Shown piece after piece: positions 21,361 to 31,610 of a DNA stretch of 64,000 nt. The stretch comes from a virus. Below the pieces are notes generated by a model. That model was not told where the DNA came from, ran no database searches, and saw nothing but the letters and a program-made list of their open reading frames with translations. Where the stretch lies: the IMG/VR virus record IMGVR_UViG_3300025647_000030, positions 3,941 to 67,940 of that record; one strand, 5' to 3'. The translations under genes and the position numbers were made by a program. The first letter of the stretch is position 1, and each line of letters begins with the position of its first letter.

Positions 21361-24300
21361 ATGCCAAAACAAACGTTTTCTAAACAACCTTATTTTGATG
21401 ATTTTAATATTCAAAAGAACTTCATGCGGGTTCTTTTTCAACCGAATAGATCAATTCAGGTTCGTGAGTTAAATCAAATTCAATCTATTTTTAATAATCA
21501 GATTGAACAGTTTGCCGATCATATATTTAAATTTGGTTCTAGGGTTGATGCTGGTTCTGTACGTTATGAACAATATTCTGACTATGTTAGATTAAAGGAT
21601 TTAGATACGCTTGGTGAAAAAGTTAATATTGGATATTTACATAATAAAACCATTAAAGGTAGAAATTCTGGTGTTAAAGCAGTAGTAAAACATGTTGAAG
21701 ATAAAACACAAGATGATCCATATACATTATATGTTAATTATATCGGTGCTGGTACTGATGGTGAAACTTTTGTTTTTCTTGATGGTGAAACTCTTGATAT
21801 TTTAGATGAAAATAATAATACAGTTTATAGTGTAATTGTTCGCTGTATCACTTGCGATACAAACTCAGATGAAGATGTTATTAATCCAACAGGTAAAGGT
21901 TCTTTATTCCATGTCGGTGAAGCCACTTATTATGTTTATGGATATTTTGTTGAATGTCCACAGCAAGTTATAGTATTAAGTAAATATACCACAACAGCAA
22001 CAATAAAAGTTGGTCTTAATGTAGATCAGAGAATTGTAACCGAAGTTATGGATGAAACTCTGTTTGACAATGCTCTTGGTCAGGCAAACTATGCATCAGC
22101 CGGTGCAGATAGATACCAGATTAATTTAGATTTAGTTACTATAGGTTTTGATGAAGATATTGGAGAAAACTTCATTAAACTTGGTTCAATTCAAAGTGGT
22201 GTTCTACAAGAAATTGTAAATAAGCCACAATATGCTGATATAATGGATATGATTGCCAGAAGAACATACGATGAATCTGGAAATTATACTGTAACACCTT
22301 TCCTAATTACACCAGTTGAACATTTAAAAGAATCTGCGACAGATACAAGTGGTTTCTTAACAGCAGAAGAGGGCGGCCGTGAAGATATGATAGCGGCGTA
22401 TATCTCAGCAGGTAAGGCATATGTTAAAGGTTATGAAGTTGAGAAAATAGAAACTTTTGTTCTGCCTATTGAAAAGGCTAGAGATACAGCAAAGAAAACT
22501 GGTGCTATAACCAGAAAGGAATATGGAAACTTTATATTAGTACAACTAAATGCTGTTTCTAATTTTATTCCTTCTGGTTCAGCAACTACAGGTTCAGGTA
22601 GAAAACGCAGAGTATTTGATTTCACTGAAGTTGATTTATATGATGCTCCAGTTGATAATCTATCATCGGCTGGTAATGTTATAGGAACAATGAAAGTTAA
22701 AGGTATGCAGTTGTTTGATTCGGCTACACCCTTTACCGATTCCGTTTGGAAATTAAATGTCTTTGATATGCAATTAGATCCAGGATCTTCATTTACTGAT
22801 GTTCAGGGACTTTTAGCCACTGGTATGGATGGTGGAACTTCATTTGGTGCAAATGTTGTTGCTGATACGTATATTTTTAATGATTCATTAACTAGAATAT
22901 ATAACACCGTTGAAAATTCTTTGCTTTTTCAATTGCCCTATGAATTCATTAAATCAACTAGGGATATATACAATCCAACAGAATCCAGAACAACATATTC
23001 AACGCCTATTAAATATTATGCTCAAGCAGACGACACAGGTACGGCTACTTTTGTTACAAGAGGCGATGAGTCAATAACAACATACAACCAAGCCACATGG
23101 TTCATGGGTAAATATGATGGATCCGCCAATTTCACACCATTTGAAATTGTTTCCACCGATATAACTGTAAGTGATACTTCAATTACTGTTGCTAATTTAA
23201 CAGCATTTAATGATTATTTTATTGTTGCTGAATGTTCTATTTCAAGTAGACCAGAAAAAACAAAACAATTAACAAATTTAGATTTGGATGTTGCGGCTGA
23301 TTCTTCAACAATAGATTTAACTAAAGCAGATGTTTTTGAAATATTTACAATTGAACAGTGGAGTGATTCATACACCACATATGAAAATGCATTGTCAAAT
23401 AATGCCGTGACAGATGTTACAGCAAATTATACATTACAGAGAAATATAAAAGACAACTTTTATGGTATTTCATATTTACAGTTGAACGTGGGTGTAACTA
23501 CTCCATCGGCTGGTGAAATGATCAGAATTAATTTTGATTATTTCGAACATGGTAACACAACAAATGGTTCTTATTTTTCTGTTGATTCTTATACACCAAC
23601 TATTAATGATCCGGACAGAACATTCACATATGAAAATATTCCATCTTATAGAACAAAAGATGGCGCAGGTTATAACTTAACAGACTGTCTTGATTTTAGA
23701 CCTATTAAACAGTCCGATGGTACATTTATCGGAACAGAATATATTCCTTCAGAAAATAAAAATATTTTTGTTGATATTGAATATTATTTACCTAGACGAG
23801 ATTTATTATGTGTAACAGATAATGGTGACTTCATTCAAGTAAAGGGGAAATCTTCATTAGAACCAAAATATCCAAAACAACCAGAAAATTCAATGTCGAT
23901 TTATTCAATTGACATGAAACCATATACTTTTGATCCATTAAAAGATGCTAGATTTAAGTATCTTGAAAATAGACGTTATACTATGCGAGATATTGGTGAA
24001 TTCGAAAAGAGACTTGAAAAACTTAGATATTATATTTCATTAAACTTACTAGATCAAGAACTTGAAACAATGCAGGTTGTTGATGGCGCAGGTAATGACC
24101 GATATAAAAATGGTTTCTTAACTGATGGATTTAATAATTTAAGAGGTGGTGATGTATCCTCTAAAGAATATCGTTGTGCTATTGATCCAGAGAAGGGAGA
24201 ATTAAGACCACAATTCTTTAAGAAAGTTATTGATCTTGAGATTGATGAGAATGCTTGTGATCATTATAGTTTACAGGCTGATATGATTACATTACCATAC

Positions 24301-27105
24301 GAACATGAATTACTTGTTGAACAGCCATATGCATCAAAAACAATTTCTGCGGCTCCTTTTTTCTTTATTAGTACAGTTGGTAGAATGACATTAAATCCGG
24401 CTAATGACGTTTGGAACGACACAGAAATGTTACCGGATTTGATTGTTGATATTGATACAGGTTTTGATGCACTAAAAGAAATTGCCGATGCGGCTGGAGT
24501 TAGTGGTACAGTTTGGACTAATGTGAGTAGTTCTGAACAATTAATTTCTTCTAGAATCGAAAGAACGACTATTGGGGGTGGCTTCAGTGCATTTTTAACT
24601 AATGGAGCAAACAACACTGTTGCGGGTGTTGACGCTCAGGATGGATCAACCGTTACTTCGCGGGTTGATACAGTTAGAGTAACAACCGATCAAACTGGAG
24701 TAAAAACTACATTAGAAAAAGATATATCAAATAATAGTCTTGGCACTTCTGTAACGGATGTTCAATTACTAACTTATATGAGACCAGCTTCAACAAAAGT
24801 TGTTATTGATGGTCTACCAGCAAATATGCCATTATATTTCTTCTTTGATGGTGTTGATGTAACGGAAGATGTTAGATATTTAAATGAACCAAGTACAGAA
24901 ATAAAAGGTAGTCTTAGAACAGATGATGCCGGTGTTTTTGTGGGTGTTTTTACTATACCCAATACACCTACAAAAAGATTTTATGTTGGCACTAAAAAAC
25001 TTGTTGTAACAAATTCAAAAACAAATTCTATGGATCCAGATGAAATCATAGGAACAGCAAATTGTGATTATCATGCCGGTGGTCTAAAGCAAACAAAACA
25101 AGAAACCGTTATTTCTACTGCTATACCCGAAGTTAAAAAAGAAAATGTAGAACGTACAATTACAACAACAGAAACAAGAAGAACGGTAGTGAGTATTGCT
25201 CCACCGGTCGATACTGGTGGTGGTGGTGGTGAGCCACTTGCACAATCATTTTTTGTGCAAGAACAGGAAGGTATTTTCTTATCTAAGATTGATCTTTATT
25301 TCCAATCTAGAGGTACATTTGATGGTATATGGCTTGAAGTTAGAGAAATGGTTAATGGATATCCGGGTCCAAACTTAATGCCATATTCTAGAATTGTTAA
25401 AAAACCCGAAAGTCTGAATTTATCCGAAGATGGTTCTATACCAACTACTTTTGAATTCGAAGCACCAGTTTACTTACAAGGAGCTACAGAATATTGTTTT
25501 GTTTTCGGTACTGATGATACAGCCAATAGAACATTCATATCAAAATTGGGTGGTAAAGATATATTGACTGGTTCTGTAATTGCAGTACAGCCGCATATGG
25601 GTTCTATGTTTAAAGGACAAAACAACCGTACTTGGAATGCTTCTCAGTATGAAGATATTAAGTTTAAATTATACAGAGCAAAATTTGACATATCACAAAA
25701 TTTAACCTTTATTGCTAATTCAAATCAAAATAATTTATTGAAGTATCTTGGTACAAATCCTTTGGAAACAGAAATAGGTTCAACTTCTGTACGTGTACAC
25801 CATAGAGATCATGCATTTTCTGCCGGTGATAAAGTTAAATTGAATATGCTTGCCGATAACTCATTTGTATTTTTATTACAATCCGGCGATTTGGTTGAGG
25901 GGCAAACCTTAACCTCAGCCAACGGCTCTGGTATAATTAAAAAAGTTACATCGAAGGGTATTGATACTTCAACTGGCTATAAGAAATATGAAATTAAATT
26001 ATTAGATATTACAGGATACTTTGCTGATGGTGAGTCTGTAACTGGTCAAATATTCTATGAACAAATTGACCAATATCTATTAGACAAATATGATATTACT
26101 ATTGATCAAACTGGTAAATTAGCACCGGTTGGATATTTTCCAGATGGTATTGATAATACATTCAATGGAATTCCATTAGTTGATTTAAGTAAAGAAATTG
26201 TAATTGATTATGTAGACACAATGGACTCATACATTATTACAGTTGATACCCCAGCAACAGAAAAAGGAAGAATAGGTGGTTCTGGAATATATGCTTATTC
26301 ACACGCTCAAATAGATGCATTTAATGTTATATGTAATTATATTGATTTTGATGGAACTGCAACTTGGGAATATGATGGTATAAGACATCAAACAATAGGT
26401 TCATCATTTACTAATTATGCAACAGTACCAAACATACCAACAAATGTAAATAAAGTTATTGAATTAACCGCACCACTTAAAATAGGTAATGACATAAATA
26501 AAGCACTGAACAATGGTGGTAATGAATTCTTCACTATTACTGGTACATTGAATTCATACATCGATACACTATCTCCGGTTATTAACTATAAAACATTTAG
26601 TTTAGAAACTTTTGCTAATAGAATAGATTGGAATGATTGTACAAATGCTTCTGTTTCTCCAAACGCAACCATAGATGGATTAACATTAGTTTGTGGCACA
26701 AATGGTAGATTCTATACAGAAGATCATCCAGTATTTGGTTCACAAAATGCAAAATATATTACTAATGTTGCTAATTTAACCAATCCAGCCAATCTATTAA
26801 CCATTATGGCTGATGTTGTTGATTATGATCATTCTGAAATTGTTTTCTATTATAGAATAGTTGAAACTGGTTCTGAAACACTAATTGGTGATGTTGCATG
26901 GACTGAATTATCATATACAAAAACAATTTCAGAAACTTCAACAGATTTCAAAGAAATTGAGATAAATATACCTACAAACAATCCATTAACTCCACAAGAT
27001 GAGTTACCAGATTTCAGCGCATTTCAGGTTAAGATTGTAATGCGATCAAAGAATTCTGCCGGAATACCTAAGGTCAGTCGTTTGCGCTGTATGGCAACAA
27101 CATAA
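21361..27105 (+). CDS. Large structural protein, VrlC/DUF4815-like, paralog 2
   Basis: PYFDDF...KNFMRVLFQP.RSIQVRELNQIQS, ARRTYDESGNYTV, EPLAQSF, C-terminal PKVSRLRCMATT. Confidence 0.82.
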   Translation: MPKQTFSKQPYFDDFNIQKNFMRVLFQPNRSIQVRELNQIQSIFNNQIEQFADHIFKFGSRVDAGSVRYEQYSDYVRLKDLDTLGEKVNIGYLHNKTIKGRNSGVKAVVKHVEDKTQDDPYTLYVNYIGAGTDGETFVFLDGETLDILDENNNTVYSVIVRCITCDTNSDEDVINPTGKGSLFHVGEATYYVYGYFVECPQQVIVLSKYTTTATIKVGLNVDQRIVTEVMDETLFDNALGQANYASAGADRYQINLDLVTIGFDEDIGENFIKLGSIQSGVLQEIVNKPQYADIMDMIARRTYDESGNYTVTPFLITPVEHLKESATDTSGFLTAEEGGREDMIAAYISAGKAYVKGYEVEKIETFVLPIEKARDTAKKTGAITRKEYGNFILVQLNAVSNFIPSGSATTGSGRKRRVFDFTEVDLYDAPVDNLSSAGNVIGTMKVKGMQLFDSATPFTDSVWKLNVFDMQLDPGSSFTDVQGLLATGMDGGTSFGANVVADTYIFNDSLTRIYNTVENSLLFQLPYEFIKSTRDIYNPTESRTTYSTPIKYYAQADDTGTATFVTRGDESITTYNQATWFMGKYDGSANFTPFEIVSTDITVSDTSITVANLTAFNDYFIVAECSISSRPEKTKQLTNLDLDVAADSSTIDLTKADVFEIFTIEQWSDSYTTYENALSNNAVTDVTANYTLQRNIKDNFYGISYLQLNVGVTTPSAGEMIRINFDYFEHGNTTNGSYFSVDSYTPTINDPDRTFTYENIPSYRTKDGAGYNLTDCLDFRPIKQSDGTFIGTEYIPSENKNIFVDIEYYLPRRDLLCVTDNGDFIQVKGKSSLEPKYPKQPENSMSIYSIDMKPYTFDPLKDARFKYLENRRYTMRDIGEFEKRLEKLRYYISLNLLDQELETMQVVDGAGNDRYKNGFLTDGFNNLRGGDVSSKEYRCAIDPEKGELRPQFFKKVIDLEIDENACDHYSLQADMITLPYEHELLVEQPYASKTISAAPFFFISTVGRMTLNPANDVWNDTEMLPDLIVDIDTGFDALKEIADAAGVSGTVWTNVSSSEQLISSRIERTTIGGGFSAFLTNGANNTVAGVDAQDGSTVTSRVDTVRVTTDQTGVKTTLEKDISNNSLGTSVTDVQLLTYMRPASTKVVIDGLPANMPLYFFFDGVDVTEDVRYLNEPSTEIKGSLRTDDAGVFVGVFTIPNTPTKRFYVGTKKLVVTNSKTNSMDPDEIIGTANCDYHAGGLKQTKQETVISTAIPEVKKENVERTITTTETRRTVVSIAPPVDTGGGGGEPLAQSFFVQEQEGIFLSKIDLYFQSRGTFDGIWLEVREMVNGYPGPNLMPYSRIVKKPESLNLSEDGSIPTTFEFEAPVYLQGATEYCFVFGTDDTANRTFISKLGGKDILTGSVIAVQPHMGSMFKGQNNRTWNASQYEDIKFKLYRAKFDISQNLTFIANSNQNNLLKYLGTNPLETEIGSTSVRVHHRDHAFSAGDKVKLNMLADNSFVFLLQSGDLVEGQTLTSANGSGIIKKVTSKGIDTSTGYKKYEIKLLDITGYFADGESVTGQIFYEQIDQYLLDKYDITIDQTGKLAPVGYFPDGIDNTFNGIPLVDLSKEIVIDYVDTMDSYIITVDTPATEKGRIGGSGIYAYSHAQIDAFNVICNYIDFDGTATWEYDGIRHQTIGSSFTNYATVPNIPTNVNKVIELTAPLKIGNDINKALNNGGNEFFTITGTLNSYIDTLSPVINYKTFSLETFANRIDWNDCTNASVSPNATIDGLTLVCGTNGRFYTEDHPVFGSQNAKYITNVANLTNPANLLTIMADVVDYDHSEIVFYYRIVETGSETLIGDVAWTELSYTKTISETSTDFKEIEINIPTNNPLTPQDELPDFSAFQVKIVMRSKNSAGIPKVSRLRCMATT
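25587..25643 (+). repeat. 57-bp exact repeat, copy 2
   Basis: Identical to 19883-19939. Confidence 0.9.
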
Positions 27106-27115
27106 GGAATATAAT

Positions 27116-27319
27116 ATGTCATTTCAAAAAGTAAAAGAAAATAAAGATTTAATTAAAAACCCAAATACAAACATCGTTATAAATACGAATAAAGCAAATT
27201 ATATTGCCAGAAGGGCTAAGAAATCTAGAGAGAAAATGAAGGATCAAGAAATTCAAAATCTTAGATCGGAATTAGATGAAATGAAAAATTTAGTACAACA
27301 ACTATTAAAAGAGAAATAA
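27116..27319 (+). CDS. Small hypothetical protein with coiled-coil C-terminus, of the type found downstream of VrlC-like genes
   Basis: AAGGA RBS; KVKENKDLIKNPNTNIVINTN...EIQNLRSELDEMKNLVQQLL. Confidence 0.8.
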   Translation: MSFQKVKENKDLIKNPNTNIVINTNKANYIARRAKKSREKMKDQEIQNLRSELDEMKNLVQQLLKEK

Positions 27320-27322
27320 TAA

Positions 27323-28333
27323 ATGGCTATAAACAATGTAACATTATCAACTAAATTTTTACAATGGAAAGATATAACAAATGATATTATTACTTCTGTT
27401 GGTGATACCGATTTATTAACAACAACAGCTACCGATCTAACCAGTGGTATTAACGAACTTGATGCTTTACAGGGTAACGATTCATTTGTTGGTTTAACGT
27501 CAACAACATTAACCGGTGCCGTTAATGAACTTAGAGCGGAATTGGGTGATATTACTGCATTAACTTCTCCGGTAACAACAGATTCCGTATTAGCGATTAA
27601 TAGTGTTGATGATCTACTGGATAATGTAATTTCAGGTACACAAGATATTACATACGATAATGCTACATCTGGATTAACCTCAATTACAGTACAGGATGCT
27701 ATAGATGAAGTATCAGATAGCGCAAATATAGCATATGATAATGTAGCATCCGGTTTAACAGCCACCACAGTACAGGATGCTATAGATGAAGTTGAAGGTA
27801 GAGTTGATACTTCAGAAACGGGTCTGACGGATTTAGTTAATGGTACCACAAGTATTACATATGATAATGTAGCATCCGGTTTAACAGCCACAACAATACA
27901 GGATGCTATAGATGAAGTTGAAGGTAGAGTTGATACTTTAGAAATTGATACACATTCACACGCAAATTTAACAAATCTGGACACTATAGATCAGAATCTA
28001 GCAACAACAGATACAGTATCGTTTAATTTTGTTCTTGAAAGTGTAACAACAGGTATAACTGCGTTTGATACTGGTGGACAAACCAATGCTACTGCATTAA
28101 CAACATCGATCAATGAAATATCAACCGTTGGAACAGCAGGCGATAGTGTAAAATTACCCACTGCATCAGCCGGTTTAAAAATTTACATAATAAATAATGG
28201 TGCTAATGCTTGTGATGTTTTTCCTGATGTTAGTGATGATTTGGGTGTCGGTGTTGATACTGCTATATCACTATTAGCCGGCGAAACAGTTACATATATT
28301 GCTTATGATGATACAAATTGGAGAGCATTTTAA
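27323..28333 (+). CDS. Fibrous virion protein with internal repeats
   Basis: Thr/Asp-rich; repeated L..(A/G)(I/V)NEL units and three (I)xYDN..SGLT..T(V/I)QDAIDEV units. Confidence 0.7.
   Translation: MAINNVTLSTKFLQWKDITNDIITSVGDTDLLTTTATDLTSGINELDALQGNDSFVGLTSTTLTGAVNELRAELGDITALTSPVTTDSVLAINSVDDLLDNVISGTQDITYDNATSGLTSITVQDAIDEVSDSANIAYDNVASGLTATTVQDAIDEVEGRVDTSETGLTDLVNGTTSITYDNVASGLTATTIQDAIDEVEGRVDTLEIDTHSHANLTNLDTIDQNLATTDTVSFNFVLESVTTGITAFDTGGQTNATALTTSINEISTVGTAGDSVKLPTASAGLKIYIINNGANACDVFPDVSDDLGVGVDTAISLLAGETVTYIAYDDTNWRAF
27732..27938 (+). repeat. Intragenic 81-bp direct repeat (27732-27812 and 27858-27938, 2 mismatches), with a degenerate third copy near 27650-27711
   Basis: CATATGATAATGTAGCATCCGGTTTAACAGCCAC...GGATGCTATAGATGAAGTTGAAGGTAGAGTTGATACTT occurs twice. 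Confidence 0.88.
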
Positions 28334-28674
28334 TGGCATCATATTCTAATATAAAAATAGAACAAGGAACATCATTTGATGTTGTCATAGATGTTATCAA
28401 TGATGATAATACAGCATACGATTTAACAGATTATGATGCAAAATCACAAATGAAGAAATCACATTACACATCATCATTTCATGAAATAACTGCATCGATA
28501 TATGGTGATCCTGTAAATGGTCAAGTAAAACTTGCAATGACACCGGCTCAATCCAATGCTATAAAAGCTGGTAGATACGTATATGATGTTGTTATTTACA
28601 ATAATATAACAGGTAATGTAGAACGTGTGGTGGAAGGTATAATTAATTTAACACCAGCAACAACAACCATATAA
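28333..28674 (+). CDS. Conserved phage structural protein (BppU-N-like beta-sandwich)
   Basis: ATG at 28333 overlaps the upstream TAA; NIKIEQGTSF...YDLTDY.AKSQMKKSH...GRYVYDVVI...RVVEGII..TPATT. Confidence 0.75.
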   Translation: MASYSNIKIEQGTSFDVVIDVINDDNTAYDLTDYDAKSQMKKSHYTSSFHEITASIYGDPVNGQVKLAMTPAQSNAIKAGRYVYDVVIYNNITGNVERVVEGIINLTPATTTI

Positions 28675-28677
28675 GCA

Positions 28678-29352
28678 ATGAAAGCAAAAATAACACCGCA
28701 GAAGGTAGTAGGAAAATTACAAAATTTAAATTATCCTGTTGCTAAACAAGTTGGTATACAAGGACCCGAAGGACCCGAAGGACCCATTGGTCCTAAAGGC
28801 GATGATGGAATAAATTGGCTTGGTGATTATTCAGCAATTACTACATACAATACCGATGATGCTGTTCAATTTGGTGGTAGTTCATATATAGCAATTCAAG
28901 ATAATTTTTCAGATATAGCACCAACAAATGTATTATATTGGAATCTATTGGCTTCGGCCGGTGATGACGCTGTATCTGAAAATACAATAAGTGCCATAGC
29001 AGGTGAAAATATTTCAATATATAGAGTTGTATATATTGAAAATGATAAAGTATATCTAGCAGATAAAAATACGTTGACATCAAGACATAAAATACTAGGT
29101 ATCACTATAGAAACACAAAGTATAAATAATTTGATAGATATAAAAATTGCTGGTTCTGTAACGAATGCTTCTTGGAATTGGAATCCTGGTAATGTTTATG
29201 TTGGCTCCAATGGTGCTTTAACGCAAGTGGAGCCAACTAGTGGTTATATTGTTCAAATTGGGATAGCATTAAACCAAACAACAGTTTTAATAGACATAGA
29301 CAAAGCAGATTATCTTGAAGATAACGATTTAATTAACGGGGGAACCTTTTAA
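28678..29352 (+). CDS. Decoration/fibre protein: short collagen-like stretch, CBM-like module and cement-like C-terminal domain
   Basis: GIQGPEGPEGPIGPKGDDG; WLGDYSAITTYNTDDAVQFGGSSYIA; VYVGSNGALTQVEPTSGYIVQIGIA. Confidence 0.7.
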   Translation: MKAKITPQKVVGKLQNLNYPVAKQVGIQGPEGPEGPIGPKGDDGINWLGDYSAITTYNTDDAVQFGGSSYIAIQDNFSDIAPTNVLYWNLLASAGDDAVSENTISAIAGENISIYRVVYIENDKVYLADKNTLTSRHKILGITIETQSINNLIDIKIAGSVTNASWNWNPGNVYVGSNGALTQVEPTSGYIVQIGIALNQTTVLIDIDKADYLEDNDLINGGTF

Positions 29353-31005
29353 ATGGCAAATAAAATTCAATTTCTAAGAGGCCTGGAAGCTAATAGGTTA
29401 AGTGTAACACCTGCCGCAGGTGAACCTTTATGGACTACAGATGAAAAAATATTATACGTTGGCGACGGATCAACCGCTGGTGGTATTCCAGTAGGTGGTT
29501 TTACAGTTTCCGACGGCTCAAACAATACATATATTGTTGGTGGTGGTACTGTTACATTCTCGGATGATAATAGTTTCTTACGTGTATCTGAAAGTTCGGG
29601 TACTGTTACATCAACATTATTCATTGAAACCGGTGCAACAGCTACTTCTGAAGCATTAACCGCAACAGATGAAATGATTATTAAAGATGTTTCTGATACA
29701 ACTCAGGATGCATCAGGTACTATGAAATCCACAACAATGTCTGAAATATCGACTTTTGTTCTTAGTGGTGTAACTGATAACTTTAATAGATTTCAAACAA
29801 TTGCCGGTGATTCTGGTACAGATATTGTTGCCGCAAATAATAATGAAACAGTAACATTTACTGGTGGTACAGGTATTAGTGTTGCTACAGATGATATAAC
29901 AAATACCGTAACAATTACTGGTCATAATATCTATTCTTGGGATATTTCAGATGGTACTAATACCGAAACTATCGCAACCGGTGATCAAGTAGTATTTGCT
30001 GGTACTAATACAGGTACAAATGCCGTTACAGCATTAACAGCCACATATAATACAAGTAATAATACATTAACATATGATTTAGATTTCGATCAACTTGATA
30101 CTGTTTATATGCCAATTGGTCAAGATAACTGGGTAGATACAACCGGTGACACAATGACCGGCGCTCTTACAATGTCCACAGGTTCAAGTATTGTATTAAA
30201 TGACAATATTGTACTGAACATTGGTTCCGGTAATGACGTTAAACATCATTTTAATGGCACTTCATATATAACAGAACTTGATGGTGTAAACTGGATAGTA
30301 AGAAATATCGATGATGAAGCATTAGTAACAATTACACATAATGCTGATCCTGCATTATCACAGGTTGATATTGCCGGTAATACAATCATCGCCGGTAACT
30401 TAACTGTACAGGGAACAACAACTACTGTTGAATCAACCGTTGTAACAATTTCTGATCCTGTTTTCTCATTAGCAAATCAAGATCCTCTTGCTACAGTTGA
30501 TGATGGTAAAGATCGCGGTATTGAATTCCAGTATTACGATCCAGCGGATGTTGGCAATGAAAATAAAATTGGCTTCTTTGGTTGGGACAATTCAACAGAA
30601 AAATATGTTCTGTTACTTAACGCAACCAATACAGCAGAAGTTTTCACAGGTACTAAAGCAGAACTTGATGCTAGTGTCGATGCAACAAACATACTCAATG
30701 CTCCATGGCTTGAAACTGAAACACAGACATTACAGGATGTAACTGATCTTGGCGCCACTACTTCAAACGCAATTAGTATCACTAACGCAACAGAAGCCGA
30801 TGGTGCCGGTACAGCATCATTTATTGTTTCTGGTGGTGCCGAATTTGCTAAGAAAGTATATGTTAATAGTACAACATCCGCTTCTTCATCAACAACAGGT
30901 GCATTAGTTATTGCTGGTGGTATCGGTGTTGCTGAAAATGTAGTTGGTGCTGGCGCAGGAACATCTTCTTTGGATGGATTCACCATTGATGCAGGTACTT
31001 TCTAA
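29353..31005 (+). CDS. Tail fibre-like protein with Mtd/hyaluronidase-type N-terminal anchor
   Basis: IQFLRG.......TPAAGEPLWTTDEKILYVGDGSTAGG; GDTMTGAL; IAGNLTVQGTTTTVEST; DRGIEFQY; SSTTGALVIAGGIGV; ends IDAGTF. Confidence 0.75.
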   Translation: MANKIQFLRGLEANRLSVTPAAGEPLWTTDEKILYVGDGSTAGGIPVGGFTVSDGSNNTYIVGGGTVTFSDDNSFLRVSESSGTVTSTLFIETGATATSEALTATDEMIIKDVSDTTQDASGTMKSTTMSEISTFVLSGVTDNFNRFQTIAGDSGTDIVAANNNETVTFTGGTGISVATDDITNTVTITGHNIYSWDISDGTNTETIATGDQVVFAGTNTGTNAVTALTATYNTSNNTLTYDLDFDQLDTVYMPIGQDNWVDTTGDTMTGALTMSTGSSIVLNDNIVLNIGSGNDVKHHFNGTSYITELDGVNWIVRNIDDEALVTITHNADPALSQVDIAGNTIIAGNLTVQGTTTTVESTVVTISDPVFSLANQDPLATVDDGKDRGIEFQYYDPADVGNENKIGFFGWDNSTEKYVLLLNATNTAEVFTGTKAELDASVDATNILNAPWLETETQTLQDVTDLGATTSNAISITNATEADGAGTASFIVSGGAEFAKKVYVNSTTSASSSTTGALVIAGGIGVAENVVGAGAGTSSLDGFTIDAGTF

Positions 31006-31016
31006 GATTTGACATT

Positions 31017-31610
31017 ATGTCAAATGAACTTCGCATAAAAAGAGGACTTGAGGCCAACCGCAGTGGGATAACCCCTGCGGCTGGCGAATTAATATACACG
31101 ACAGATAATAAACGTGTATTTATTGGTGATGGATCAACCGCCGGTGGTATTCCAGTAGGTGGTTTTGTAACAATATCGGATACTGCACCTGTATCACCAT
31201 CAGTAGGAGATTTATGGTGGGATTCTGAATATGGTACTTTAAACATCTTTTATCAAGATGTTGATTCTTCGCAATGGGTTGAAATTAGTGCTACGGGTGG
31301 AACAATAGAAACACCAGCAACGGCCGGCGGTGAAGCATATACGGTTATAACTACAACGTATACCGCAGTTGCCGGCGATTATATCTTAGCAAACACAACC
31401 GGCGGTGCTTTTACGATTACATTACCTGCTTCACCAACAGCAGGCGATACTATTAATATAATAGATGGTTTCACTCAATTTTCAGCAAATAACTTAACAC
31501 TAGCACGTAATGGAAGCACAATTGAAGGATTGTCATCGGATATAATAGTCGATGTTAACGATGCTAAATTAAAAATAATTTATAACGGTACTACTTGGAG
31601 AATAATGTAA
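31017..31610 (+). CDS. Short fibre protein with the same Mtd-type N-terminus
   Basis: LRIKRGLEANR...TPAAGELIYTTDNKRVFIGDGSTAGG; PSVGDLWWDS; ANTTGGAFTITLPASPTAGD. Confidence 0.75.
   Translation: MSNELRIKRGLEANRSGITPAAGELIYTTDNKRVFIGDGSTAGGIPVGGFVTISDTAPVSPSVGDLWWDSEYGTLNIFYQDVDSSQWVEISATGGTIETPATAGGEAYTVITTTYTAVAGDYILANTTGGAFTITLPASPTAGDTINIIDGFTQFSANNLTLARNGSTIEGLSSDIIVDVNDAKLKIIYNGTTWRIM

Noticed and set aside
27253-27984. 243-aa minus-strand ORF (also 30534..30986, 24264..24617, 61271..61711 and similar)
   Set aside because: Antisense shadows of well-supported + strand genes; no RBS or recognisable motifs.
7816-29128. Intragenic TATAAATA matches (7816, 20879, 27178, 29121)
   Set aside because: Expected by chance in such AT-rich DNA. 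Some may be real, but sequence alone cannot support them.
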